Positions 27,107 through 39,522 of a stretch of 64,000 nt of DNA are shown here, in pieces (within the stretch, counting starts at the first letter, position 1; each line of letters starts with the position of its first letter). A model generated the notes under the pieces. That model searched no databases. It saw only the letters and a program-made list of their open reading frames with translations, and was not told where the DNA came from. The stretch lies in the NCBI GenBank assembly GCA_951406725.2, contig OX597818.1:58280001-58344000 (forward strand), read 5' to 3'. The stretch comes from Octopus vulgaris (lineage: Eukaryota). A program made the translations under genes and the position numbers.

Positions 27107-27513
27107 GGCGCAGGAGTGGCTGTGTAGTAAGTAGCTTGCTAACCAACCACATGGTTCCGGGTTCAGTCCCACTGCGTGGTATCTTGGGCAAGTGACTTCT
27201 GCTATAGCCTCGGGCCGACCAAAGCCTTGTGAGTGGATTTGGTAGACGGAAACTGAAAGAAGCCTGTCGTATATATGTATATATATGTATATGTATGTGT
27301 GTTTGTGTGTCTGTGTTTGTCCCCTAAGCATCGCTTGACAACCGATGCTGGTGTGTTTACGTCCCCGTCACGTAGCGGTTCGGAAAAAGAGACCGATAGA
27401 AAAAGTACTGGGCTTACAAAGAATAAATCCCGGGGTCGATTTGCTGGACTAAAGGCGGTGCTCCAGAATGGCCGCTGTCAAATGACTGAAACAAGTAAAA
27501 ATAGTAAAAAGAG
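27107..27513 (+). mobile_element. SINE family A, full length
   Basis: Complete head, internal TA/TG tract and tail. Confidence 0.92.
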
Positions 27514-28430
27514 TATATATGCATACATATTTTTGTCTCATCGTGACCTCAACATCATTAAATATGACCTTTGGAATACGGGGAGAAATGGAATTATTAT
27601 TGACGCAATCTATAAATGGCATTCATTTTCCCAAACATATATTCTAAAAGAATTTCCATACATAATATTGTGCAAACATGTTCAATATATTTCGCTGAAT
27701 AGGCATTAAACTCAGATAGTTGTCAATGTGTTTCATACAGTGGTTAAAGGTGGAAAGGTATTTATCATACATGTATTGTATATGGACACAACTAACCTAA
27801 TCCATCAACAATTAGGTATTGAGAAACTAGAAGTTATTATTATCACATATTTCTATGGAAATACATATCTATGGCTAGTGGTTGAACTGCGATATAAGCC
27901 TTCATTTTGATATCGTGATATAGCATCACGCATAGAAAACGAATGCGCATATGTACGTATAACTATGACAAGGGAACAATGATGTAATTACACATATATC
28001 TATGAGAAAGAAACATGTATTTGTAATCGCATATGCATATATACGAATATATCACACTATCTGTCTGTCTATCTTTCTACTTAGCTCTCTCTCTATCTGC
28101 CTATCCATCGATGTATGTATGTATGTATGTATGTATGTATCTACCTACCTATCTATGTACCTATCTATCTAACTACCTACCTATCTATCTAGCTACCAAT
28201 CTGTCTATATGTCTATCTGTCTATCTATCTATCTATCTATCTATCTTTTTTTCCTCACCTCCCATTTTTAAAAATTTTATTTTATCCCCCCCTTTTTTGT
28301 CGTCTTTCTTTCCATTTACGATCCCTTTTGATCGAAAACCAAACCCCCTTTCTCTTACCCCCAAAAGAAAAGCTATACCTTGTAATTTTGTCCTGTCTGT
28401 GTGCAGCCCTGTGTGGCTAATAAAGAAACA

Positions 28431-28726
28431 TATCTATCTATCTGAGCAAATACACATCCTTCCGTTGCATTCCGTTAAAACATTTACGTCTGCTTATAAA
28501 TACATGTATATGCCTGATGTTATGCATGCATGAAATTGCACCTTCTGTTTAAATTTGAAGTAAGGTTATATATATATATATAGGCGCAGGAGTGGCTGTG
28601 TAGTAAGTAGCTTGCTAACCAACCACATGTTTCCGGGTTCAGTCCCACTGCGTGGTATCTTGGGCAAGTGACTTCTGCTATAGCCTCGGGCCGACCAAAG
28701 CTATAGCCTATCTATCTATCTGAGCA

Positions 28727-28763
<37 letters not shown>

Positions 28764-28976
28764 CAGATAGACATATAGACAGATTGGTAGCTAGATAGAT
28801 AGGTAGGTAGTTAGATAGATAGGTACATAGATAGCCTATCTATCTATCTGAGCAAATACACATCCTTCCGTTGCATTCCGTTAAAACATTTACGTCTGCT
28901 TATAAATACATGTATATGCCTGATGTTAGGCATGCATGAAATCGCACCTTCTGTTTAAATTCGAAGTAAGGTTATG
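28431..28976. repeat. Complex local duplication (direct ~135 bp, inverted ~100 bp, copied SINE A head 28583-28701)
   Basis: 28431-28568 is repeated at 28838-28976; 28728-28833 inverts ~28148-28245. Confidence 0.85.
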
Positions 28977-29311
28977 CTTGTGTGCCATGGAGAGTAATTT
29001 GCTGTTTACCATTACAAACAGGCATTCAGAGATCTTAGGCGGAGTTGACTGACCTGCACAAAGGATTCCGCAAATAACGTTGAACGTACGTGAAGTGATC
29101 AGCATCATTGGATTTCTGATGTACAAATAAATATTAACTACGCTAATGGTAGGTATGTAATTCCACAGAAAATCGTACGATAAACTATGTTAAGCATCTA
29201 ACTGGAAATATGATATACATGGAATTAAACGGATTCAAATCAGTGGTTGTTATGCTGTGTCATTCAAAATTCTATCTGTGTACATATACAAACGCATAGC
29301 CTAAAACACAT

Positions 29312-29378
<67 letters not shown>

Positions 29379-29455
29379 GCACACAATCATGTGTAGATTC
29401 ACGTATAAGCATACATACGTATATAATACAAATAGATATATGTGTGTATATATGT

Positions 29456-29504
<49 letters not shown>

Positions 29505-29615
29505 ATATATATATATACAAGGAAATGGAGAAATATTTTGTTGGGTACTTCATTAGCAGTATATTGGATATATGTTATCCCACGGAGGGTTGCATTTACA
29601 ACCCCTATCTCAATT

Positions 29616-29667
<52 letters not shown>

Positions 29668-29784
29668 AGGATACATTTTTTTTCGAAAAAATACATTCTT
29701 TTTCAATAAAAACTTATCAAAAAATACCTTTAAAGGTTAAATCTATAAACAATTCATAATTAAGTGCCAACGAAAAAATTTCCA

Positions 29785-29836
<52 letters not shown>

Positions 29837-29837
<1 letters not shown>

Positions 29838-30054
29838 CTTAGAATAACTTAGAAAGGTTTTGGCCTGTATTGGCCCAGGCCATGTCTAACTTAATAGCAC
29901 CACCTGGCGAAGTCTTTCAGTTCAGGATTTGGGCACCAAGGCCCATTCGAGCAGAGAGTTATTGTTTGCGGAGACATATCCGGGTGTGGGTGGTTTGTCC
30001 GGTACTGTTTGAAGGAATTTGTCCAAAGACTTCTTGAATTTTGTGTGGTCAGTT

Positions 30055-30060
<6 letters not shown>
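29837..30060 (-). mobile_element. CR1-group LINE 3' fragment with a short tctaagtta-type tandem tail
   Basis: Minus strand translates KETDHTKFKKSLDKFLQTVPDKPPTPGYVSANNNSLLEWALGAQILN*. Confidence 0.8.
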
Positions 30061-30143
<83 letters not shown>

Positions 30144-31699
30144 TCATATAGATAGATAAATATATAATCTGTGGCCATAGATTATATTTATATATACATA
30201 CATACATACATATATATATATTTATATATATATAGATAGATACATAGGTAGATAGATATACATACATTCCTATTTATCTTTGCATATATGTGCGCGTGTG
30301 TGTGCGTTGTATTGGGTATTTACATAAGACATTTTGGTACTACATCAATATTTAGATATGCAGTAATCGGCTTAATATCTGCAATATATTGTGAAACACT
30401 TCAAATTCAAACCCGTATCGGTTGTATGTGTAACATTCACGGCAGACACTACTTCTCTTAACACTGTTGTCACGTCATCGTTTTTGAATTTTCAACTATT
30501 GTATGGCTGCAGTGGCGAGTTGCCATACAAGAAGACGCAAAACAAAACAAAAAAAAAACAATATGGAATTTTATACAAGGGTTGTTACTTATAGATTACA
30601 GTATTTGAATGTAGACAGTTGCACTCTTTAATCCAGTTATTGGAACGGAATTATCAAATATTACAAGAAGATATAATCAAATTTCCATTTGTAATCGTTT
30701 TAAATCGATTCGTTGAAATGCATTATATATTTTTAAACACCAAAGTTACCGGTTGTATGCATCGCATCCTTTAATATAATTTATACTTAGAATAAATGAA
30801 ACTTTATAGTTAGGAAGCTCAAAATGTTTATCTGATAATCTATATTAACTATAAGAAGATTATGGATGTCGTTTGCTATGCCATACATCATCACAGCTTA
30901 TATTGATTTATCTGTGCTTGGTGTTAAAACAACGACTTGCAGCACGTTTCGTTTTAGAGAATTTCGATAGTAAATCGAGGTATTCAGCCGATAAAATATA
31001 AAACGTTAATTAAATGTAAGCATATTTCATAGTAGCATTTATCTTTCTCATACCAGGTAACTTTAAGTTGAAATATGTGTTTGTGAAACTATTGATTAGG
31101 AAGCCATGAAGGGTTGAGTCTCTAGTAGTGGCGGTACGTCTGCGATGAGCAACATACTATATAATCAGAGAAAAGTATTATGTTAAATTGTCGCATGTCC
31201 AAATTTGATCAAATGGCATTTTTTTTTTTCAATATTTACTTCTGCTTTCAAACTATTTTTGCTTGGTCACAATATCGTATTCCAGCTACATCAGATGCAA
31301 ACATATTAAAAATTGTCAAGTGTAGTAAAACTATTGATTTCGTTTTTTTGAAAAAGCCAAGTTTTGTGGATTTTTGCAAAACAACGCTGTACTCACACGC
31401 ATATTTACATCACCTTCGAAACGTAGAGTATGAAACCATGGCGACTGAAGAAGGTTTTTTTCCTTGTGTTATTTGTCCTGTACTCTATTTTCTTTGTTGT
31501 TTAAAAAAAATGTCAATTCCTTTGGTTTGTGTCTATGTTTTCGTTTCTCATGGTGTTCGACGTTTTTTTGGTGTCCTGTACTCATATATGCGTGTATATA
31601 TACATGTAGGGGTAGGTACGTACATATATGTATATATATATGCATATGTTTTATTTATTAATATATTATATATATATGCATATACGAGGAGGAGGAGGA

Positions 31700-31965
31700 C
31701 CCCACCTTCGTGTCATGAATATACATGAGATAGAACCTAGAAATTACCCTCCGGGGCAAAATCCGGGGAAGGTTGTTTGTGGAAGGCCAGCAGTCGTCCA
31801 TGCATTCCACCCTTCTCTCTCCACGCCACTCATTTCTACAGCTGAGTTAACTGCTGCAGCGTGAAATAAAGTGTCTTGCTCAAGAACACAGCACGCGGCC
31901 CGGTCTACGAATCGAACTCACAACCTCACGATCGTAAGCTCGAGGCTCAAACCACTGAGTCATTC
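31700..31965 (-). mobile_element. SINE family D
   Basis: Minus strand actcagtggttgagcctcgagcttacgatcgtgagg...cttgagcaagacactttatttcac. Confidence 0.8.
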
Positions 31966-32824
31966 ACACTAATCTCTCTCTCCCTCTCTCTCCCTCTCTC
32001 TCTCTATATATATACATATATGTATGTATGTACATATATTGTTACGAAAATGTGTTTTTCTTGGGAAGAAAACGAAATAGTGGACTTCGTTTGGGCTTGT
32101 AGATTCGAACCCGAATCTATAGAACACCCTTCAATGTTACAACGGTATTTTCATGCAGAAAATACGTTGGCTGGCAGCAGTGGCGCTCAATACATGGCCT
32201 TCCAATCTGATTTATATATTTTATACTTGACCCTTGTGACCCGTTCTATGCCACATCATGCGGAAAATAGATAAGAATCACACACAGCAGTTTTTCTCCC
32301 CCCATTGTTATCAGCGATATGTCTCTTCTTCTCGCTGTTCTGTGACAATTATAAATACTAAAATCCCGCAAGGATTAATAGTTGATCAAAGGGCTTTGTG
32401 CGATAAAGACCACCACAGACGACTATAACACAATTTTCACCAGCTGACATTTCAATAGCAAATGTCATTTTATCTGTCTCTGCTGCTGCCTATCACCTTT
32501 TAAGGGCTTACTACTGCAAATGACATACACAGTAAACACACAACACTAGAAGATAGAGATATCCCTTTTGTTTTGACTGGCTTATTGAGAATTTGAACTC
32601 TGATATTTTGTGACGAGTTTGTATCTCCAGCACTTGATTTGCTACCAACAAGGACTGACTAACTCTAATGTTTTGTGACGGCTTTGTGCCGAGAATTCTA
32701 ATATATTACGACAGCTTTCGCTGAATTCCATGTAAGTTTGACACTTCTTTCTCAGTGTATAACTGAATTATTATGGACTTGTTTCTTCTATTTGCTGTTT
32801 CCTTTTGTCTAACCGTAACAACAT

Positions 32825-32842
32825 TGGAGGCTCCTCCGAGAT
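32825..32842 (+). promoter_or_regulatory. Primer binding site (tRNA-Gln- or tRNA-Pro-like)
   Basis: TGGAGGCTCCTCCGAGAT 4 nt after the LTR end; 2-3 mismatches to either tRNA 3' end as recalled. Confidence 0.65.
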
Positions 32843-33004
32843 ATCGAATTCATTTTGATATTCAGAGATACTTTGTAAAAAAAAAAAAAGAAAAATCATC
32901 AGAAATCCATCTTATTTTTCTGCATAATCTTTCTTTCCCTTTGCAAACATATTAACTGAAACCAAAAAAAGATAAATAAATAAATGAAAAAAGAAAATAC
33001 AATC

Positions 33005-33834
33005 TTGTAAATTAGAGGATTTTCTTAAATCTCCCACCCTTGCGCAAATCGGATCTATTGTAAATTTCTGCACATTTCCAACTTGAGGCTAAACCTGTTA
33101 CGATGAAATTTCAGATTTTAGAAATTGCTTTGAATCACTTCGTGGATGAAGGGGGTCTTCGGAGTCGATGTTTTGGAGAATGTAAATGAAGAACATTCCG
33201 ACCATGGGGGAAATAAAATGGCTTGAGGTTCAATTGGAACGGAAAAAATTAGCAAAAGAAATTGACTTTACAAAGATTGAAATTGAAAGGTAAACTGAGC
33301 TTAAAAAGTTGGAAACTTCTTTTCCTCCCTCACACCCATCCCGTTTCGAAGTTGCGAGACATGCCAGACCGGTTCCCACTTTGAATGAAAGAGAGGGGGA
33401 CAAGTATTTTCTACATTTTGAAGAAATTTGTTGGAAACCTGAAGTGGTCTAAGGAGTCATGTGAGCCGTGAAGCTCAGGCCACATTTTCGGCCTTATGTG
33501 TAGAGCAAAGTTCAGATTACGATCTGGTTAGGATGCCCCTTCAAAAAGCCTATGTGTTCGTGCCCGAAGCTCATCGATAAAAATTTAGGAATGCTTATAA
33601 CAGGGACCCTCTTTACACTTTACTCTTTTACATGTTTCAGTCATTTTGACTGTGGCCATGCTGGAGCACCGCCTTTAGTCGACCAAATCGACCCCAGGAC
33701 TTATTCTTTGTAAGCCTAGTACATATTCTAACGGTCTCTTTTGCCAAACCGCTAAGTTACGGGAAGGCAAACACACCAGCTTCGGTTGCCAAGCGATGTG
33801 GAGGGAACACAGACACACAAACAAACACACAAAC

Positions 33835-33866
<32 letters not shown>

Positions 33867-34280
33867 TATATATATATATATACATACATACATGCAACGG
33901 GCTTCTTTCAGTCTCCGTCTACCAAATCCACTCACAAGGCTTTGGTCGGCCCGAGGCTATAATAGAAGGCACCTACCCAAGGTGCCACGCAGTGGGACCG
34001 AACTCTAAACCATGTGGTTCGTAAGCAAGCTACTTACCACAAAGCCACTCCTAAGCTTCTCAGACTTTTATAGAGTTTGCTAGGGAGGAGGGAACTTTGT
34101 TTAATTGGTTGTGTAATTCTAAGGAGGTCACAGATTTTGATGGTTTGAGGCAGTTTTCTTTGACGGAGGATTGTAAAAACAGTGTTCTTTCCAATCACAA
34201 GAGTTATTTGGATGGGGAAAGGGTTGATGTTTTACATAATGCCGGTATGTTGGTCGTGACTGTTACCTGACTCTCAGGGA
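33005..34280 (+). pseudogene. gag: Gypsy gag relic (SCAN-related capsid type), interrupted by a SINE
   Basis: Fragments LEDFLKSPTL, DKYFLHFEE, SALCVEQSSDYDLV, KAYVFVPEAHR*KFRN and, after the SINE, QTFIEFAREEGTLFNWLCNSKEVTDFDGLRQ; stops and frameshifts present. Confidence 0.8.
33608..34052 (-). mobile_element. SINE family A inserted in gag
   Basis: Full-length match. Confidence 0.9.
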
Positions 34281-34539
34281 GTCTTTTCGGTCGTCGTCTT
34301 CTGGTCACAAGCGTTTTGCTCCGGGTACGAGTTCAACTCACGCAGGTTCCAGTATTTATAATTATCGCAGCGTTTATTATAAATACTAAAATCCTACAAG
34401 GATAAGTAGTTGGTGAACGGAGTTTGTGAGATGAAGACGACCACAGACGACTATAATACCATGTTCACTAGCTCGCATTTCAATGGCAAATGACATTCTA
34501 TCTCTCTCCGGTGCTGCTTAACTGACAGGCAGCGCAACC

Positions 34540-34855
34540 AACCACCACCACCACCAACCAACAACAACAACAACAACAACAACAACAGCTGTTCAAGAAT
34601 TTCGACCTGGAGATCTCCATTTCCCGCGACTTCGAGGGCCACCTCTGAGTGGTGTCGGGCGTCAACGAAGAGCCCTCGACAACAACAAGAAAATCAAAGT
34701 TTCTTTCCAAGGTCTGGGGTCACCTACCCCTAAGCCCTAGACCATGACCTAATCACCCTTACCCGTCTTGTTGCTTAACAACAACAACAACAACCAACAA
34801 CAACAACAGCGACAACTATAATAAAGGAGATGATAATGACGATGATGATGATGAC
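34540..34855. repeat. (CCA)/(CAA)n and (GAT)n trinucleotide tracts
   Basis: Directly visible. Confidence 0.85.
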
Positions 34856-34997
34856 AATTGAAATGTAAAAAATCCTTGGAAAAAGCGGTCTACATTTCTA
34901 ACAGTAGCCTAACAATTACTGATTTGGCGAGGGTCAAAATACAGGTCTCAGGACGTTCAATAAACCGTAACGCCCAGTCCAAACACCAGTCAGCTTA

Positions 34998-35476
34998 AGT
35001 AACGTAGTAAAATCGTACACTGATTGGTCAGAGTACAGTTTGCAAAAATTAGCATTCTGGAGCTTAGACAAACGTATTTAAGGCACACAGATTCGTCTTC
35101 TCACTACAGTTGTAAATTGTAAAGCATAACTGCCACCTCTACTACATGAAACCAAGGATTGCATTGTTTAATGTCTGAAAATAATTGTTCAATCAGAATG
35201 GACGTTTAATATTCTATCCTTTCATTATAACGATTCTGCCAACTCACCGCCAAACGTAGTAACGTAGTAAAATCATACACTGATTGGTCAGAGTACAGTT
35301 TGCAAAAATTAGCATTCTGGAGCTTAGAGAAACGTATTTAAGGCACACAGATTCGCCTTCTCACTACAGTCGTAAATTGTAAAGCATAACTGCCACCTCT
35401 ACTACATGAACCCAAGGATTGCATTGTTTAATGTCTGAAATTACTAGTTCAGTCAGAATGGACATTTAATATTCTA
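34998..35476. repeat. Tandem duplication, 260-bp period
   Basis: aacgtagtaaaatc.tacactgattggtcag starts at 35001 and 35261; ~220 bp nearly identical. Confidence 0.92.
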
Positions 35477-35572
35477 TTATTTCATTATATTTTATTATCT
35501 TATATTTTAATTATTATAATATTCTAAATAAACATGAGACTCATAGTTGGAATTTCTTTGAGTAATATATAT

Positions 35573-35734
<162 letters not shown>

Positions 35735-35738
35735 ATAT

Positions 35739-36120
35739 GCGCAGGAGTGGCTGTGTGGTAAGTAGCTTGCTAGCCAACAACATGGTTCCGGGTTCAGTCC
35801 CACTGCGTGGCATCTTGGGCAAGTGTCTTCTGCCGACCAATGCCTTGTGAGTGGATTTGGTAGACGGAAACTGAAAGAAGCCTGTCGTATATATGTATAT
35901 ATATGTGGGTGTTTGTGTGTCTGTGTTTGTCCCCAGCATTGCTTGACAACCGATGCTGGTGTGTTTACGTCTCCGTCCATCAGCGGTTCGGCAAAAGAGA
36001 CCGATAGAATAAGTACTGGGCTTACAAAGAATAAGTCCCGGAGTCGATTTGCTCGACTAAAGGCGGAGCTTCAGCATGGCCGCAGTCAAATGACTGAAAC
36101 AAGTAAAAGAGTAAAAAAGA

Positions 36121-36122
<2 letters not shown>
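35739..36122 (+). mobile_element. SINE family A
   Basis: Full length, small deletion. Confidence 0.9.
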
Positions 36123-36161
<39 letters not shown>

Positions 36162-36190
36162 TACATATATATATATCTGTAAATATAATA

Positions 36191-36401
36191 ATAGACAATT
36201 ATTCTGTCGCCATAATTGTTTCGGATATCGGAGCGGAAACCCACGCCGCCATCTCTACAGTTATCCGGCCATCGAAAAAGCCGTGTGTGATTGACCGTTA
36301 TTAAGACAAAAGAGCTATTTGAATGACGGCTAAGTGAGGGGAGGGAGTAAGCCCCGACATCCGAAACTCGGAGGTCTTGTCATGGCTATCGAATAATTGT
36401 C
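36191..36401. repeat. TA-flanked element with inverted ends and a hammerhead 3'-half remnant
   Basis: gacaattattc...gtttcggatatcggagc is inverted as gccccgacatccgaaac...gaataattgtc. Confidence 0.6.
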
Positions 36402-36483
36402 ACTTACTATATTTACAGATAAATTCCTCTATTTACGTAATATCGAGGTCTCTCTCATTCTTTTGTCGTCTTATCATTTCTAT

Positions 36484-36567
<84 letters not shown>

Positions 36568-37301
36568 TCATATGTATGTATATATATATCGTTAAATTCA
36601 TGTTGTACATTACTAGTAACATTCCGTTGGTTAGATTCAACAGACAACTTACACTATCAATATAAGCCATATATTTGCGGTTATTCTACTTATGATGTTT
36701 ATTTTGTAAGTCAAAGTTTAAAATTTATCTTTAGAATAATAAAACGTATATTATCAACCAATTTGTGTATGATTCACCAGGAATAAACACGAATCTTTGA
36801 AGTTTATATCTTAAATATGTTGCTGGAGTTTTATTGATTACAGTATGGTTTTGTCAGAAATGAGTTGAGTATATTTGCAACTCAGTAATAAGAAAATGTT
36901 CTTTGATTGAATCATAACATATGAGTCTGAATGAAAATACACCGTGACTGTCATATGGTCAAGAGCAGTATTCATTCTCAAATTTATCACTGGAATAATT
37001 AATGGACAAATCAGAATGTTGAGAATGTGTTAGTAGAAAACAAGGAAATGACTGTCGGTTTACAGAGATTTGTATCTACAGACAACATTTGAGAGGTTAT
37101 TTTTCAGCAGAAACCTTGGAGGAGAAAAGTTTTAACGTATAAAAGACAGTTTTGGAGGAGAGGCCTATGGAAGTTTGTTGCTTTCGAAGTGTTCTGGCAA
37201 TTGTATGGGCAGAGGAGACTGACAGAAGGAAATTATGATGAAGTCCTCGGAGTTTGAAAACAAGAGGAATTGAAACTTTATTTTCGTTGTTTTACAAAAT
37301 A

Positions 37302-37822
37302 CCGTAAATCCTCGAGTATAATCAAACCTCGAGTATAATACGCAGGGGATTTTTAGGAAGCTGTACTTCTGAAAACTCTAAACCTTGTGTATAATACGCA
37401 CCCTTTTTCTAACATGAGTAGTGCGTAATTAAGCCACCAGCACCTAGTTGAATAAACACTTTCGCGCATGCGTAATACAATAATAATGATGTTCTTAACT
37501 GTTATATGGAAATGTAAATATGTTTGCAAATTGTGTTTGTTACATGTTATTCTGTGTTCTGAATCCTTTTATTTTAATAAATGTTGTTTACTGCAAGTTT
37601 GGGATGATTCTTTTATGACTTCATTGCTTTCAGGCTTAGCTTAAGGTATTTTCGTGCCCTACTTCACAAAATGCGTCTGAATAAGCATTGCCGGACAGCA
37701 AATAGAGACTCGGACATTGCTTAGAAAATATTTTTCATTTTTAACCTCGTATATAGTACGCACTAGGGAATTTGACCTTCAAATTTTTTGGAAAAATACG
37801 GATTATACTCGATGACTTACGG
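37302..37822. mobile_element. Tigger/pogo-like non-autonomous DNA transposon (MITE)
   Basis: TIRs ccgtaaatcctcgagtataatc / gattatactcgatgacttacgg with TA duplication; subterminal cgagtataatacgca repeats. Confidence 0.8.
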
Positions 37823-38324
37823 TAATGAAAGCTTTTCAAATTCGATCAAATTCCACTGCCTAAGGAAATGATATTTAATGATAGCGGTTGAAACCTAATA
37901 CGAAGAGCATGGATTAGACAAGGCGAAAAAATATACATGAGAAACAATGTAGGCATATAAGGCATCGCCATTGTATGTATAATATATGTGCGCTGAAGGA
38001 CGTGATGTATTACGCACGTAGTTCGAAAATGCATGCTGACATTTTCTATGAAAACTTTATCCTGGACTAATTTTCTAGAATTCGTACGTTGGAAAATCAG
38101 TTTAGATATCAGTATGTGAAACAGTGCTATGACAATGAAACATAAATTCAAACAGAAGAAGAAATAAAGAAGAAACATTCTGAAAAGAGATACTGTGTTG
38201 ATTAACGTAAAGGGAGGAATGTATACAATTAACCAAGTTTATTTGCCTCTATGATACCAGGATGATAAAGAGGTACGTCAAAAATTTGGAAATTACCTTA
38301 ATCTACGTTCCTAATTACAAAATT

Positions 38325-38854
38325 TTGGGTTGTCCGGAAAGTTCGTGCCGATTTATAGTAGCTTACATTTTGACTTATTTTAGAACATGGTTGAGTCCAT
38401 AAAATAGGATTTGTCTACACCTCCATTCAGAGCAGAGTTTTCGTGGAAGAAGATGTATGTTCCTATAAACTGTGTTAATTCTGTAACCCTTTAAAATGGA
38501 AGATAAGAAAGTTCATTTTCGGCACTCGATGCTTTAGTAACCAGACAAAAATTGCTGCAGCTCGGCTGGGATGTGTTACCCTACCCTCCATATTCACCAG
38601 ATATTGCTCCTTCGGATTTCCACTTATACATGTCTCTGCAGAATCGTCTTAATGGTAAACATTTTAATTCCTTGGAGGATGTAACAAAGATAATTTGATG
38701 AATTCTTTGCCATGAAACCACCTTAATTCTGGGAAGACGGTATTTTCAAGTTAAAGGAAAGATGGAGACGCATTGTGCGACAAAATGGTTCATATTTGCT
38801 CGATTAAAAATGTAATGGCAAGTATCTATTGACCTTTCTTTCCGGACAACCCAA
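38325..38854 (+). mobile_element. Internally deleted mariner transposon
   Basis: TIRs ttgggttgtccggaaag / ctttccggacaacccaa; transposase remnants MEDKKVHFRH and QLGWDVLPYPPYSPDIAPSDFHL...FKLKERW. Confidence 0.92.
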
Positions 38855-39323
38855 TATATAAATGTGTTGCAAAGCCGCCATTATCCCTGTTAGCACTAGA
38901 CACCTTAAGATCGAGGAAAGGACAATATATAACATTTGAAACAGAACACATATAACTTTCAATGATGAGGCAATTCAAGAGTATCTTATATGTATCTTCT
39001 TGGTCGACATATAAAATGTCAAAGTGTCATATTTGATACAAAAATAGCAATTATTATTCGATATATATATCTTAAGATTATCTATGTATAGATGTAATAC
39101 CAAATGATAATAGATATCGAAAGACATGCTTATATATATTTATTGGGGAGTAAGGCTTTGCTAATTTATATTAAGTTGATAATTATCTTATTTAATTAGA
39201 GTACGACGGATGTTTATACTATTCGGTGATTTGCCATTCTGTCCCTCGAATAAAAAATTAAATTACAAATACTTCGAATAAAACTACATTATATCTTTTA
39301 GATTTATTAATAATGAAGAACAA

Positions 39324-39522
39324 GGCGTCGAGATGGCAGAATCGGGCGAAATGCTTAGCGGTATTTCGTCTGCCGTTACGTTCTGAGTTCAAATTCCGCC
39401 AAGGTCGACTTTGCCTTTCATCCTTTCGGGTTCGATAAATTAAGTACCAGTTGCATTCTGAGGTCGTTCTAATCGACTGCCCCTCCCACATTTCGGGCCT
39501 TGTGTCTCGAGTAGAAAAGATT
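39324..39522 (+). mobile_element. SINE family B variant (short tail ttcgggccttgtg...agaaaag)
   Basis: Head and central domain match; tail like the 46138 and 54648 copies. Confidence 0.82.

Larger units (their letters stand above)
32040..34520 (+). mobile_element. Decayed Gypsy LTR retrotransposon (5' LTR 32040-32820, PBS, gag, partial second LTR; pol absent)
   Basis: TGTTACG...CGTAACA termini; ~32348-32490 repeated at ~34376-34520; gag homology in between. Confidence 0.8.

Noticed and set aside
31180-31728. 182-aa ORF, the longest in the track
   Set aside because: Non-informative composition, runs through repeats, no recognisable domain.
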